A DNA stretch of 32,000 nt from the NCBI RefSeq assembly GCF_000011805.1, contig NC_006841.2. One strand, 5' to 3'. Origin of the DNA: Aliivibrio fischeri ES114. GTDB taxonomy: Bacteria > Pseudomonadota > Gammaproteobacteria > Enterobacterales > Vibrionaceae. Positions 1-10,557 of the stretch are shown here, piece by piece. Each line of letters starts with the position of its first letter. Position 1 is the first letter of the stretch. The notes under the pieces are model-generated. The model was not told the DNA's origin. It did not search any database and saw only the letters and a program-made list of their open reading frames with translations. Position numbers and translations under genes: made by a program.

Positions 1-560
1 ATCATTTTGCTCCAACTCAAATGCTTCTAACGGGGATAGCTTTAAGTGCAGGGTTAGATGCGTTTTTACGAATTGCTTTATCATCAGGACAAGATAACGT
101 TAAAGCGCTATTAACCTGGTTGTCTGGTTCAACTTACTTAGTTTCGATGAATGATGTGTATTTGCTTGCCGTAGGGGTATCGTTGTTTTTTATTTTCGCG
201 ATGAAATCACATCGATGGCTAGATTTAATGGGATTAGGAGACACGGTAGCGAGCAGTGTTGGTCTATGTTGTCGTCGAGTTCGATTGTTTTTATTATTGT
301 TTGTTGCCGCACTAACCACCTTATGTACGATTATTATCGGACCTCTTAGTTTTATTGGTTTATTAGCTCCTCATATGGCTCGCTCACTCCATCAATATCA
401 AGCTTCACATCAACTCATTGCAGCGAGTTTGTTAGGCGGTTGTTTAATGATTTTAGCGGATTGGATAGGGCGAGTGATGTGGTTTCCATGGCAATTCCCG
501 GCTGGATTATTGGCATCATTAATTGGCGGTATCTACTTCTTATATTTAATGCGAAAGTAA
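1..560 (+). CDS. C-terminal part of a FecCD/FhuB-type iron-siderophore ABC transporter permease (5' end outside window)
   Basis: ORF 21..560 stays open in the same frame back to base 3. The product is polytopic and hydrophobic with FecCD-family C-terminal patterns (GPLSFIGLLAPHMAR, ILADWIGR, PAGLLASLIGGIYFLYL). It lies directly upstream of a siderophore cluster. Confidence 0.8.
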   Translation, partial: HFAPTQMLLTGIALSAGLDAFLRIALSSGQDNVKALLTWLSGSTYLVSMNDVYLLAVGVSLFFIFAMKSHRWLDLMGLGDTVASSVGLCCRRVRLFLLLFVAALTTLCTIIIGPLSFIGLLAPHMARSLHQYQASHQLIAASLLGGCLMILADWIGRVMWFPWQFPAGLLASLIGGIYFLYLMRK

Positions 561-654
561 TATCCTTATTTTAACTATTGATATTAAACATATTTTTATG
601 ATGTTGCACAAGATTTAAATTATTTTATAAATTCGCTAAAAAACAGTTGATCAT

Positions 655-673
655 TTTAATGAGAATCATTAGC
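655..673. promoter_or_regulatory. Fur box upstream of iucA
   Basis: tttAATGAgAATCATTAgC matches the 19-bp Fur consensus GATAATGATAATCATTATC at 15 of 19 positions (hand count). It sits about 35 bp upstream of the iucA ATG in an AT-rich intergenic region. Confidence 0.7.
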
Positions 674-708
674 ATTCGCATTCGTTAATTAAAAACAACG
701 GAAATGTT

Positions 709-2484
709 ATGAAAACTAATGATGAGTTTGATTATGCAATAAGGGGAGGGAATGATGTTCCTGCTGCCTGTTTCCTTAATTCTTTGGCTAGAGAATGCGC
801 TGCAATTCAAATAATAAACAATCAATATGAAGCTTATTATCGAATTCCCTTAGGAAGTACTGATGAGATTCAAATTCCATTAAATTACGTTTCATCAGTT
901 GGTCTACATGAATATTGCTTCCCTGCAGTATTGTATGCCGAGGAGTCCAGAGCCATCGGCTTTGAAGAGGTCGTAGAGAAAATATTAGAACAACCAGCGT
1001 TGGTAGGGCTAATAACGAAAGAACAGAAAGAAACTTTTCTAGAGCGAGTAAATGAAAGTTACAGTAATACGTATTTTGGAGCCAGAAATAACCCATATTC
1101 AACGATTCTATTCTCTGAAGCACTAAATTTTCAACAAGCAGAACAAGGTTTGCTGATTGGACACTCTTTCCATCCTGCCCCTAAAAGTCGTGAGCAATTC
1201 AGTGAAGAAGATGCGAGAAGGTATTCTCCCGAGCTAGGGGGTGAGTTTGCTTTATGTTGGTTAGTTGTTGATTCATCAATTCTTATTTCTGGTTCTTCTG
1301 GACAGTACAATGCGAAAGAGCGGTTAGAGCAACTGGTTTCTCAAGATCATCTTTTATCTTTAGCCTTGAGTGGTGTTATTCATGAAGGGGAACACCTTTT
1401 TCCCGTTCATCCTTGGCAGTGGACGGTCTTACAAGAGAATGAAGATATTCAAACTTATATTCAGTCTGGCTTAATTAGAGAGCTTGGTGAGATCGGTTCA
1501 GCATGGTATCCAACCTCATCAACTCGTTCGCTGTATTCACCAACTTTACCGTATATGTTGAAGTTTTCATTAAGTGTGAAGTTAACCAATTCCATTCGTA
1601 ATTTATCTTTAAAAGAAGTGATACGCGGAACCCGATTAAACCAATTATTTTATGATACTGAGTTAAGTAATGAATTGGGACAAGAACAAGGTTTTCAAGT
1701 TATGCAAGAACCCAGTTATTTGGGGTTAACCAACAAATCGGGTGAGGTGATAGACGAGAGTCTTGTGGCATTTCGTGATAACCCATTAAGTTCAAAGCCG
1801 GAAGAAGAAGCCGTAGTTCTTGCCACGTTAACACAACAAAATCCTTATGGTGGTGAAAGTTTATTAGCGAAAAGAATCAAGCATTATGCAAATTCGTCCC
1901 AGCAGTCGTTATCCCAAGTGGCTGAGCAATGGTTTAGCGCTTATTGTCAGTATGCGGTTATCCCTTTATTTAACCTTCAAGCTAATTATGGTTTGGTTTT
2001 TTTGGCACATCAGCAGAATATTGTTATGCAGATGAAGTCTGGGTTTCCTATCGGTATGTATTATCGTGATTGTCAAGGAACAGGATATACGGATTTAGCG
2101 TTTGAGCGTTTTCCTGAAGCTTTAAAACAAACAAAGCAAGATATTGAAAACTATTGGAATTATGACAAAGTAAGACGTTATTTTGCTTATTACTTAATTA
2201 TCAATTCTACGTTTAATGTCATTGCATCTATCTCAGCTTATTGCGGCGTGAGTGAACAAACTTTATTAAAAGAGCTGCGTAAACAACTTGAGGTATTAAA
2301 AGCAAAAGGCGTACGGGATCCTCGCTGTTTAGACTATGTATTAGAAAGTGAAGCGTTGTGCTGTAAAGGTAACTTTTATTGTTATTTGCAAAACATGAAT
2401 GAGAATTCAATTCCTGATCCATCAGTTATTTATTTTGATTTACCTAACCCACTAGTTCATATGAAGGATGCGATGAATGTGTAA
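709..2484 (+). CDS. iucA: Aerobactin synthetase subunit, IucA/IucC-family NIS synthetase
   Basis: 591-aa ORF with IucA/IucC hallmarks (HPWQW, SIRNLS-type segment, LAHQQN). It is first in the canonical order A-B-C-D-receptor. Its stop overlaps the next start by 8 nt. Confidence 0.9.
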   Translation: MKTNDEFDYAIRGGNDVPAACFLNSLARECAAIQIINNQYEAYYRIPLGSTDEIQIPLNYVSSVGLHEYCFPAVLYAEESRAIGFEEVVEKILEQPALVGLITKEQKETFLERVNESYSNTYFGARNNPYSTILFSEALNFQQAEQGLLIGHSFHPAPKSREQFSEEDARRYSPELGGEFALCWLVVDSSILISGSSGQYNAKERLEQLVSQDHLLSLALSGVIHEGEHLFPVHPWQWTVLQENEDIQTYIQSGLIRELGEIGSAWYPTSSTRSLYSPTLPYMLKFSLSVKLTNSIRNLSLKEVIRGTRLNQLFYDTELSNELGQEQGFQVMQEPSYLGLTNKSGEVIDESLVAFRDNPLSSKPEEEAVVLATLTQQNPYGGESLLAKRIKHYANSSQQSLSQVAEQWFSAYCQYAVIPLFNLQANYGLVFLAHQQNIVMQMKSGFPIGMYYRDCQGTGYTDLAFERFPEALKQTKQDIENYWNYDKVRRYFAYYLIINSTFNVIASISAYCGVSEQTLLKELRKQLEVLKAKGVRDPRCLDYVLESEALCCKGNFYCYLQNMNENSIPDPSVIYFDLPNPLVHMKDAMNV

Positions 2485-3388
2485 ATATACAACGCTCATT
2501 TTTAATATAGAGCCAAGCCCCGCAATCACTTTTACGGTTTCAAATCAGGATCTTAAAGACTCTCAGCTTATTGAGAAGTCTTTGCAAGAAATCGATCATA
2601 TTTTTAGTACCAACTCAATTATTTCAGAGATTTATTTTGAATCCGAGATACCAAGCCAATTGGTTCAATCACTTCCTAGCCTTTATCAAAATAGGTTATC
2701 AAGAGAAGGGTTTTATCAACAAGTTGAACCATGGCATTTGCATTCACCATCGACTCTGTTTCCTTGGAGAGAAGTTCAGACACTATTACAGTACCGCCAT
2801 CATCCGTTGCGTCCTGAAATGCCAAAAGGAAGAGTGTATCAACGTCATGACCATAATATTGATGCAGAAATTAGTTTTAGAGTGTTTGATCTTGAAAAGG
2901 ATTTAGAGCGATTTACTGCATGGATGAATGATCCTCGAGTCGCTAATTTCTGGGAGCAAGCATGGAGTTATGAAAAGTTGGCTGAATTCATTAAAGAGCG
3001 CTTGGATGACCCACATATTATTCCTCTTATTGGTGAGTTTAATGGTGAACCATTTGGTTATGTTGAAGCATATTGGGTAAGTGAAGACCGATTAAGTCCG
3101 TATTACGATGTTCAACCTTATGATCGTGGGATTCACCTCTTGGTGGGGGAGCAAGCATTTAGAGGACCAGAATATTTTAATTGTTGGATGCGAGCGATCA
3201 GCCATTACCTCTTTATTGATGATGTTAGAACTCAGCGAATAGTATTGGAGCCAAGAGCGGATAATCATCGTCTATTCAATCGTATACAGGAAGTTGGGTA
3301 CAAAAAATGTTTTGAATTTAATTTCCCTCATAAACGTTCAGCATTAATGATGATTAAAAGACAGTCATTCTTTTCGGAGCAGTGGTGA
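2477..3388 (+). CDS. iucB: N6-hydroxylysine acetyltransferase (IucB-type siderophore acyltransferase)
   Basis: 303 aa, with the C-terminal siderophore acetyltransferase pattern (FTAWMNDPRVANFWEQAW ... GIHLLVGE ... VLEPRADNHR). It sits between two IucA/IucC genes and overlaps both neighbours, suggesting translational coupling. Confidence 0.9.
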   Translation: MCKYTTLIFNIEPSPAITFTVSNQDLKDSQLIEKSLQEIDHIFSTNSIISEIYFESEIPSQLVQSLPSLYQNRLSREGFYQQVEPWHLHSPSTLFPWREVQTLLQYRHHPLRPEMPKGRVYQRHDHNIDAEISFRVFDLEKDLERFTAWMNDPRVANFWEQAWSYEKLAEFIKERLDDPHIIPLIGEFNGEPFGYVEAYWVSEDRLSPYYDVQPYDRGIHLLVGEQAFRGPEYFNCWMRAISHYLFIDDVRTQRIVLEPRADNHRLFNRIQEVGYKKCFEFNFPHKRSALMMIKRQSFFSEQW

Positions 3389-5148
3389 TGGAGCAAATTG
3401 CATTACATACTCACTGGTCCGCGGCAAACCGTAAAATGGTGGCTAAATTAATCAGTGAGTTAGCTTATGAACAAGCGTTTAAAATAGAGCAAAATAATCA
3501 AGGTTATGTATTGTTTCTTGATGATGGTGTTTGTTACCAATTCTTAGGTAAAACTAATATTTGGGGCCAAATAGTTATCGAACCTACTTCGTTAATTCGT
3601 AAACAGAAAAGTCTGAATTCTGATGTATTAGCAACTCAATTTATGATGGATATTCAGCGTGTTATTAACATTAGCGATGAATCGTTAGCTGAACATTTTG
3701 AAGATTTGAATGCCACTTTGTTAGGTGATTGCAAACTTGCACAACGTAAAACGAATATGTCTGCAAATGAGTTGGCTTTTTTATCATGCGAACAACAACA
3801 GCTTCTGCTTAATGGTCACCCTAAGTTTGCCTTTAATAAGGGACGCAGAGGGTGGGGAACACAAGATCTTTCATTGTACGCCCCAGAAGCAGAGCGAGCA
3901 TTTCAGTTAGCTTGGGTTGCGGTACATGAATCCATTTTAGATAAAGCAACAAATAACAAAGTGGACTGGAAACACTTGGTGCTTTCTGCGGTGAGTAATG
4001 CTGAATTGCATGTTATGAATTCACAGCTTTCATCATTTAATGTTGATAGTAGCGAATATACGTTTGTACCTGTACACCCTTGGCAGTGGGAACAAAAACT
4101 ATCAATTCTATTTTCTAGAGAAATGGCTGAGAAAACGTTGATTTATTTGGGGAAGTTTGGAGATGACTTTTTACCGCAATTATCAATTAGAACTTTGAGT
4201 AATATAACTCGTCCAGAGAGTTATGATATTAAATTGCCTTTAACGATCATGAATACTTCTTGTTATCGTGGTATTCCTGGCCGTTATATTCTTGCTGGTC
4301 CAATAGCGTCCGATTGGTTGGATTCTGTTTTTAAATCGGATCCTTTATTCGTTGATAAAAAAGCCGAAGTGTTACAAGAGCCAGCTGCAGGATTTGTTGC
4401 TCAGGCTGACTATAAGCTACTGACAGATGCTCCTTATCGTTACCATGAATTACTTGGTGTGATCTGGAGAGAATCAGCACAATCTAAACTGGGTGAAAAT
4501 GAGAGTGCAATATTAATGGCGGCACTGATGGAATCTGATGAATCTGGTGTGCCTCTGATTTCCGAGTACATTCAAGCCTCTGGATTATCAATAGAAGCGT
4601 GGTTAGATAAGCTGTTTGATGCCGTTGTGATCCCTTTTTATCACTTACTTTGTAAATATGGTGTATCCCTCATTGCTCACGGACAAAACGTAACGTTAGT
4701 TATGGAAGATGGGGCACCAAAACGCATTTTATTGAAAGATTTTCAGGGAGACATGCGTCTCGTTGAACGAGACATTCCAGAGCAAGAAAACCTTGATCCT
4801 TTAGTTAAAGAAGTGACAGTTAAATTACCTGAAGAATTAATCATTCATGATTTGCAAACTGGTCATTTCGTTACGGTTCTTCGTTTTATCTCGCCACTTG
4901 TCGAAACTCTAGGATTGTCTGAAATCGAGTTTTATAGGGTACTTGCTCAACGAGTTCGCATTTATATGGCTATGACCCCTGAATATAAAGACAGATTTGA
5001 ACGTTTGGATCTGTTTAAACCCAGAATATTACGCATAGGGCTTAATTTAGCTAAGTTTCGACATAGTACGGATTCGAGTGCTTCTCGTATGCTTCCAGAT
5101 ATGGACGATAAGGTAGATAACCCACTGTACATCGCTTTAAATCAATAA
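3382..5148 (+). CDS. iucC: Aerobactin synthetase subunit, IucA/IucC family
   Basis: 588-aa ORF with HPWQW, SIRTLSN and IAHGQN motifs. The ORF track starts at GTG 3382. The ATG at 3388 overlaps the iucB TGA (TGATG) and is an equally good start. Confidence 0.9.
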   Translation: MVMEQIALHTHWSAANRKMVAKLISELAYEQAFKIEQNNQGYVLFLDDGVCYQFLGKTNIWGQIVIEPTSLIRKQKSLNSDVLATQFMMDIQRVINISDESLAEHFEDLNATLLGDCKLAQRKTNMSANELAFLSCEQQQLLLNGHPKFAFNKGRRGWGTQDLSLYAPEAERAFQLAWVAVHESILDKATNNKVDWKHLVLSAVSNAELHVMNSQLSSFNVDSSEYTFVPVHPWQWEQKLSILFSREMAEKTLIYLGKFGDDFLPQLSIRTLSNITRPESYDIKLPLTIMNTSCYRGIPGRYILAGPIASDWLDSVFKSDPLFVDKKAEVLQEPAAGFVAQADYKLLTDAPYRYHELLGVIWRESAQSKLGENESAILMAALMESDESGVPLISEYIQASGLSIEAWLDKLFDAVVIPFYHLLCKYGVSLIAHGQNVTLVMEDGAPKRILLKDFQGDMRLVERDIPEQENLDPLVKEVTVKLPEELIIHDLQTGHFVTVLRFISPLVETLGLSEIEFYRVLAQRVRIYMAMTPEYKDRFERLDLFKPRILRIGLNLAKFRHSTDSSASRMLPDMDDKVDNPLYIALNQ

Positions 5149-5176
5149 CAATAATATTAAATGGAGAAATAATAAC

Positions 5177-6475
5177 ATGACAGTCAGATTGGATTTGGCA
5201 GGGATCGGTGTTGGTCCCTTTAACCTAAGCATAGCGTCGCTTTTGGAGCCTCAAAAACACATTAATGCGACCTTTTTTGAAAGTCGAGAGTCTTTTGCTT
5301 GGCACCCCGGCTTGTTACTTGATAACACCAATATGCAGACGATGTTTTTAAAAGACTTAGTTAGTGCGGTGTATCCAGAAAGTCCTTACTCTTTTTTATC
5401 TTATTTAGTGAAGAATAAGAAATTCTATCGGTTTTTATCCGCAGAATTAAGTTGTATTAGCCGTCATGAGTTTTCAGATTATTTGGCATGGGTTTCTCAG
5501 CAATTAAGTAATGTGAAATTCTCAACCCATGTTGAGAATGTTGAATTTAACGGTGATTCGTTTGAAATCCAAACGACGAATGGAGTGTATGAGGCGAAAA
5601 ACTTATGCATTGGCACTGGTAAGGTTCCTTTTATTCCAGAGTGTGCCGTTCCACATATAGGTCCAAGTGTTTTTCATGCTGCGGAGATGGGATTACGTTC
5701 TCGTGATTTTACGAATAAGCGTGTTGTGATTGTGGGTGGTGGACAAAGTGGTGCAGACATATTTTTAAATGTGCTGCGAGAAAAATGGGGTAAACCTGCC
5801 TCATTAGATTGGGTTTCACGACGTTCTAATTTTCAGCCATTAGATGAAGCATCATTTACTAATGAATTTTTTACTCCTGATTATGTGAATGCGTTTGTTA
5901 ACTTGGCTCCGAATGTTAAACAATCAGAAATTGAGGCTCAAAAACTCACTTCAGACGGCATAACTCAACTTGCACTATTAGACATATATCGAGAGTTATA
6001 TCATCGTTTTGATGTATTAAAAGAAGATAAATGGGTTCGTTTGTTACCACATAGAACGATGAATTCATTGAATATTAATGAGTCTGAATTTTCGCTAGGT
6101 ATTCATAACGCATTAAGCCAGCAGTTAGAAATACATCAAGCGGACATTGTTATTTTAGCGACTGGTTTTAAGTCTCCTTATCCAGCTTGTTTAAACTCCA
6201 TCCTTCCTTTGTTGGATCTTGATGAACAAGGTCGATATCAATTAACGCCTGAATTTGAATTGAAATGGAAAGGCAGTAAGAACAATAAGATATTTGCTGT
6301 TAATGCCGGTATGCATAGTCATGGTATTGCAGAGCCTCAGCTGAGTTTAATGGCATGGCGTAGTGCTCGTATTATTAATCAGTTAACAGGAGCTGCGGTG
6401 TATGACATTGCGTCTAATCCCGGAATGATTGATTGGATCTCCGAACCAAAGGTATGCGAACCCACAACCGTGTAA
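5177..6475 (+). CDS. iucD: L-lysine N6-monooxygenase (flavin-dependent N-hydroxylating monooxygenase)
   Basis: 432 aa with an N-terminal FAD fingerprint (DLAGIGVGPFNLSIA) and a second dinucleotide-binding motif (VVIVGGGQSGADI). RBS GGAGAAA lies upstream. The position in the cluster fits. Confidence 0.9.
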   Translation: MTVRLDLAGIGVGPFNLSIASLLEPQKHINATFFESRESFAWHPGLLLDNTNMQTMFLKDLVSAVYPESPYSFLSYLVKNKKFYRFLSAELSCISRHEFSDYLAWVSQQLSNVKFSTHVENVEFNGDSFEIQTTNGVYEAKNLCIGTGKVPFIPECAVPHIGPSVFHAAEMGLRSRDFTNKRVVIVGGGQSGADIFLNVLREKWGKPASLDWVSRRSNFQPLDEASFTNEFFTPDYVNAFVNLAPNVKQSEIEAQKLTSDGITQLALLDIYRELYHRFDVLKEDKWVRLLPHRTMNSLNINESEFSLGIHNALSQQLEIHQADIVILATGFKSPYPACLNSILPLLDLDEQGRYQLTPEFELKWKGSKNNKIFAVNAGMHSHGIAEPQLSLMAWRSARIINQLTGAAVYDIASNPGMIDWISEPKVCEPTTV

Positions 6476-6578
6476 ATCTTTATAGTTTGGTTTTTAAAAA
6501 TTTTAAAAAAATAGTTGAATACGGATTTTTATCATTTGTATTCATTGTTGTGATAACAATATAAAAAAGAGAAAGTAG

Positions 6579-8753
6579 ATGAACGTTAAAAAAGGGAATT
6601 ATCCGTTAACTTTAGTCGCAATGGCAGTCGCTGTTGCAACGACGAGTGTCGCTATGTCAGTTCAGGCTGAGGAATATACATCGACAACGGAAGAAACGAT
6701 GGTGGTTGTTTCAAGCCGTACACCTAAAGCGATCAGTGAAATTCCAGGAACAGTATGGTTTGTTGATTCGGAGCAAATTGAACAAGAATACCGTGGTGGT
6801 AAAACACTGGGTGAGATTCTGTCAGCGACGATCCCATCTTTAGATGTAAGTAGTGGTGCAAGAACCAATTATGGTCAGAATTTACGTGGCCGTGCAATGC
6901 TTGTGATGATTGATGGTGTTTCGCTGCAATCTTCTCGCCCAATCAGTCGTCAGCTTGATGCGATTGACCCATTTAATATTGAACGAATTGAAGTACTCTC
7001 TGGTGCAACCTCTATTTATGGTGCGGGTGCTACTGGTGGTGTAATTAACATCATTACAAAAAAAGCAGATAGTGATGAATTGCAATTTGAAAGTTATGTG
7101 AGTGGCAGCTCAGGTTTTAATAGTGGAGATGATTTTGATTATAAACTTGCACAATCCATCTCAGGAGGTACAGAGAAAGTAAAAGCGAGAGTGTCTGCTG
7201 TATATACTGAAACTCAGGGATATTATGATGCTAATGGCGATATTGTTACGCCTGATATTTCTCAAGGTTCATTACAATATAATGAGACAATTGATTTACA
7301 AAGTACGGTAGATGTAGCTATCTCTGATACAAAGAATATCAATTTGTTAGCTCAATATTATGATAGCCAACAAGATTCTCCTTATGGTCTTTACATTAAA
7401 AATAATCAGTTTATTGACGTAAGAGAAGGGTTTGAGTCAGATCGTCAACATGGTACCGAACGTATTATGTTAAGTGCAGCTTATAGTGATTCAGAAGTGT
7501 TAGGTCATCAGTTAGTTGTAGAGGCATCTTATCGTAAAGAAGATCAGACTTACACGCCATATTATCAAAGTGCCTCTCAGCAAACGACGGATGTTATCTC
7601 TTTAAAAACAGCACTTGCGAAATCATTTGGAAAAGTGAATTTGGTTTATGGTGTTGATGCTTATATGGATAAGTTTGACAGTAATCAGGCTTTATTTGAT
7701 CCAACCATTGCCAATAACTCTGGAAATTTGGTTAATAAAACGTATGCAAAAGTTGGACGTTATCCAGGTGTAGAAGTTGGTTCTGTTGCTGGCTTTATTC
7801 AAGCCGATATTAATATCACTGATGATTGGTCTATTGAGGGTGGTTATCGTTATCAATATATGAATAATAAGATCGATGATTTTGTCGATTATAAAATTCA
7901 AAAGAAAATTGCTGCGGGAAATGGTGTTTCAGCTGATGCCGTACCTGGAGGTGAGACCGATTATACCGTTGGTTTATTTAACCTTGGCACGATATATAAA
8001 TTGACTCCAGAGTCACAAATATGGGCGAATTTTTCTCAAGGTTTTGATTTGGCTGACCCTGCTAAATATTACGGACAAGGCTCGTATTCTGCAGCTGATG
8101 CAAATGGTCATTATACGCTTCAAAATAGCATTAATGTTGCTGGTTCTAAAATGTCAGGGATAAAAACAAATAGCTATGAGGTTGGTTTTAGAACCGATCA
8201 AAGTGCTTTGAGTTTTCAAACTGCGGCGTATTTTTCTCAATCGGATAATTCAGTTAAATACAATAAGAAAACGTTGTTAATTGAAGATGTAGATAATGAA
8301 AAACGAGTTTACGGTGCTGAAGCATTGGTATCGTATTGGGTGATGGATAACCTTCAAATTGGGGCTTCTGGTCATTATGTAATTTCAGAATTACAAACTG
8401 ATGGAAAATGGGACGATTTAAGTGCAGGTGAGGCAAGTACATCTAAAGCAAACTCTTGGGTAGGTTGGTATGAATCTGATTTGGCATTAAAAGTTCAAAG
8501 CCAAACCATGTTCGATTATAAAGATTCAAGTGATAATGAATTGTCTGGCTATACCGTGTTTGACTTAGTGGGTAGTTATGAATTGCCTGTCGGAAGTCTA
8601 GGTTTTGGTATTCAAAATTTGTTTAATAAAGATTATACAACGGCTTGGGGACAACGAGCTCAGATCTTATATTCTAGCCATTATGATGCAGCTGCATACG
8701 ATTACAAAGGTCGTGGACGTACCTACACTCTTAACTACCAAGTGACCTACTAA
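6579..8753 (+). CDS. iutA: TonB-dependent ferric aerobactin outer-membrane receptor
   Basis: 724 aa with a signal peptide, a TonB box (ETMVVVSS), a plug domain and a long beta-barrel ending in an aromatic residue (NYQVTY). It is collinear with remembered E. coli IutA blocks (GATSIYGAGATGG, YYDSQQD, GRYPG, NLFNKDYTT, YDYKGRGRT). Confidence 0.9.
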   Translation: MNVKKGNYPLTLVAMAVAVATTSVAMSVQAEEYTSTTEETMVVVSSRTPKAISEIPGTVWFVDSEQIEQEYRGGKTLGEILSATIPSLDVSSGARTNYGQNLRGRAMLVMIDGVSLQSSRPISRQLDAIDPFNIERIEVLSGATSIYGAGATGGVINIITKKADSDELQFESYVSGSSGFNSGDDFDYKLAQSISGGTEKVKARVSAVYTETQGYYDANGDIVTPDISQGSLQYNETIDLQSTVDVAISDTKNINLLAQYYDSQQDSPYGLYIKNNQFIDVREGFESDRQHGTERIMLSAAYSDSEVLGHQLVVEASYRKEDQTYTPYYQSASQQTTDVISLKTALAKSFGKVNLVYGVDAYMDKFDSNQALFDPTIANNSGNLVNKTYAKVGRYPGVEVGSVAGFIQADINITDDWSIEGGYRYQYMNNKIDDFVDYKIQKKIAAGNGVSADAVPGGETDYTVGLFNLGTIYKLTPESQIWANFSQGFDLADPAKYYGQGSYSAADANGHYTLQNSINVAGSKMSGIKTNSYEVGFRTDQSALSFQTAAYFSQSDNSVKYNKKTLLIEDVDNEKRVYGAEALVSYWVMDNLQIGASGHYVISELQTDGKWDDLSAGEASTSKANSWVGWYESDLALKVQSQTMFDYKDSSDNELSGYTVFDLVGSYELPVGSLGFGIQNLFNKDYTTAWGQRAQILYSSHYDAAAYDYKGRGRTYTLNYQVTY

Positions 8754-8777
8754 CTGATTCTTTTGTAAATAAAATTA

Positions 8778-8812
8778 ATAAGGCTATCTTTATAAGATAG
8801 CCTTATTTTTTC
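8778..8812 (+). terminator. Rho-independent terminator after iutA
   Basis: Perfect hairpin TAAGGCTATCT / AGATAGCCTTA followed by a T-run, 25 nt after the iutA stop. Confidence 0.8.
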
Positions 8813-8935
8813 TTAATAACTGCCGAGTGTGTCCATGTATTGATGGCGATAATTCGGTATGATTGAAATATAAGCATTTTATTTATAAGGTGTAGAAGGT
8901 TTAGCCATTTATAAATTAGAAAAGGATGACAACTA

Positions 8936-9859
8936 ATGACATACGACACATTAATTACCATCGGCGTTTTGGTTTTCTTGGTCTTAGTTCTTATTGCTCT
9001 TGGGGTTAAAATGGTACCGCAAGGCTATAATTGGACCGTAGAACGTTTTGGACGATATACGCAAACATTGCAACCTGGTTTGAATATTATTATTCCATTT
9101 ATTGATGGTATCGGACAGAAAATCAATATGATGGAACAGGTTCTTGATATTCCAGCACAAGAAGTGATTTCCAAAGATAATGCTAATGTAACGATTGATG
9201 CGGTTTGTTTCGTTCAAGTTGTTGATGCAGCAAAAGCCGCTTATGAAGTAAGTGACCTTCAACATGCTATTCGTAATCTTACATTAACGAACATGCGTAC
9301 AGTGTTAGGTTCTATGGAGCTGGATGAAATGCTAAGCCAGCGAGATATGATTAACGTAAAACTGTTAGCGATTGTCGATGCAGCAACAAACCCATGGGGG
9401 GTAAAGGTTACACGTATTGAAATTAAAGATGTGCAACCACCTGCGGACTTAACTGCTGCGATGAATGCTCAAATGAAAGCTGAACGTAATAAACGAGCAG
9501 ATGTACTTGAAGCGGAAGGGGTGCGTCAAGCTGAGATATTAAAAGCAGAAGGTCATAAGCAAGCTGAAATTCTTAAAGCTGAGGGTGATAAGCAAGCTGC
9601 AATCTTGCAAGCAGAAGCTCGTGAACGTGCGGCTGAAGCAGAAGCTAACGCAACCAGAATGGTATCAGAAGCGATTGCTCAAGGTGATGTTCAAGCTGTT
9701 AATTACTTTATCGCTCAAGGTTATACTGAGGCAATTAAATCGATTGGCCAAGCAGAGAATGGCAAAATTATTATGCTACCATTAGAGGCAACAGGTTTAA
9801 TGGGCTCTGTTGCTGGCATTGCTGAGATGTTCAAAGCAGATAAAGAGGTCCAAAAATAG
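8936..9859 (+). CDS. qmcA: SPFH/band-7 (stomatin-prohibitin family) membrane protein, QmcA-like
   Basis: 307 aa, collinear with remembered E. coli QmcA ([48 protein letters not shown], repeated AEILKAEG segment). N-terminal TM helix; RBS AAGGA upstream. Confidence 0.9.
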   Translation: MTYDTLITIGVLVFLVLVLIALGVKMVPQGYNWTVERFGRYTQTLQPGLNIIIPFIDGIGQKINMMEQVLDIPAQEVISKDNANVTIDAVCFVQVVDAAKAAYEVSDLQHAIRNLTLTNMRTVLGSMELDEMLSQRDMINVKLLAIVDAATNPWGVKVTRIEIKDVQPPADLTAAMNAQMKAERNKRADVLEAEGVRQAEILKAEGHKQAEILKAEGDKQAAILQAEARERAAEAEANATRMVSEAIAQGDVQAVNYFIAQGYTEAIKSIGQAENGKIIMLPLEATGLMGSVAGIAEMFKADKEVQK

Positions 9860-9868
9860 GAGTTCACC

Positions 9869-10321
9869 ATGGAGTTTTTTGAACAGATGAATCATTGGCA
9901 CTGGTTGACTTTAGGGTTGTTACTACTTGCTGGTGAATTATTAGGAACTGCGGGCTATTTTTTGTGGATAGGGCTATCAGCGGTGGCTGTTGGAGCGCTA
10001 TATGCCGTGATACCACTTAGTTGGCAAATGCAGTGGATCAGTTTTGCTGTTTTTTCACTCTTTACGACTTGGTTGTGGTGGCGATATCAACATAAAAAAG
10101 ACATAAGTTCAGATGCAAAAAGAGCGCTTAATCAAAAAGATAAGCAACTAATTGGTCAAACATCTCGTTTGGAAGAAGATATTCATGCAGGTTCTTGTCG
10201 AATTGTATTAGGTGATACTACATGGTCCGCTAAAAGTGCCGTTGATATAGAAAAGGGAACGCTAGTTCGTGTGGTTTCTGTTGACGGTATTATTTTGACG
10301 ATTGAACCAGTAAAAAAATAA
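9869..10321 (+). CDS. ybbJ: NfeD-family membrane protein (YbbJ-like partner of QmcA)
   Basis: 150 aa with three N-terminal TM helices and a C-terminal OB-like soluble domain (GTLVRVVSVDGIILTIEP). It starts 9 nt after qmcA, the usual SPFH-NfeD operon arrangement. Confidence 0.85.
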   Translation: MEFFEQMNHWHWLTLGLLLLAGELLGTAGYFLWIGLSAVAVGALYAVIPLSWQMQWISFAVFSLFTTWLWWRYQHKKDISSDAKRALNQKDKQLIGQTSRLEEDIHAGSCRIVLGDTTWSAKSAVDIEKGTLVRVVSVDGIILTIEPVKK

Positions 10322-10338
10322 TTTAACATGTTCATTTA

Positions 10339-10388
10339 AAGTGGATGATTTGTTGTATTTAACTGCAATGAATCATTCACTTTTTTTA
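10339..10388 (+). terminator. Probable terminator after ybbJ
   Basis: AGTGGATGATT ... AATCATTCACT stem (one G-U pair) with a loop of about 20 nt, followed by TTTTTTT. Confidence 0.5.
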
Positions 10389-10557
10389 CATGTTCTTTGT
10401 GAAAGATATTTCCTTGTTTCAAATATAGTTAGCTTGTATTCATATATTCATAAATTAATGTACTTTTGTGCCTTTTTATTTTATTTTTTGCACCCTAGCC
10501 AAAGAATATAGCTATGGCGATAAAAATAATTATAAGTTAATTCAATGGACAAAAATT

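Noticed and set aside
6524-6570. Possible second Fur box in front of iutA
   Set aside because: The best 19-mers (GATTTTTATCATTTGTATT and GATAACAATATAAAAAAGA) match the Fur consensus at only about 10-11 of 19 positions. That is not distinguishable from background in such AT-rich DNA.
10468-10557. N-terminal extension of the first MCP ORF (GTG 10468), and similar extensions of the CusR-like regulator (22303), the small secreted protein (22805), the small membrane protein (16299) and the FliF/FliG-like protein (26812)
   Set aside because: Internal ATGs give N-termini that match paralogs or produce proper signal peptides or receiver domains, and some have better RBSs (for example AAGGAG before 22754). 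For 26812 versus 26830 the choice remains open, so the ORF-track coordinate was kept.
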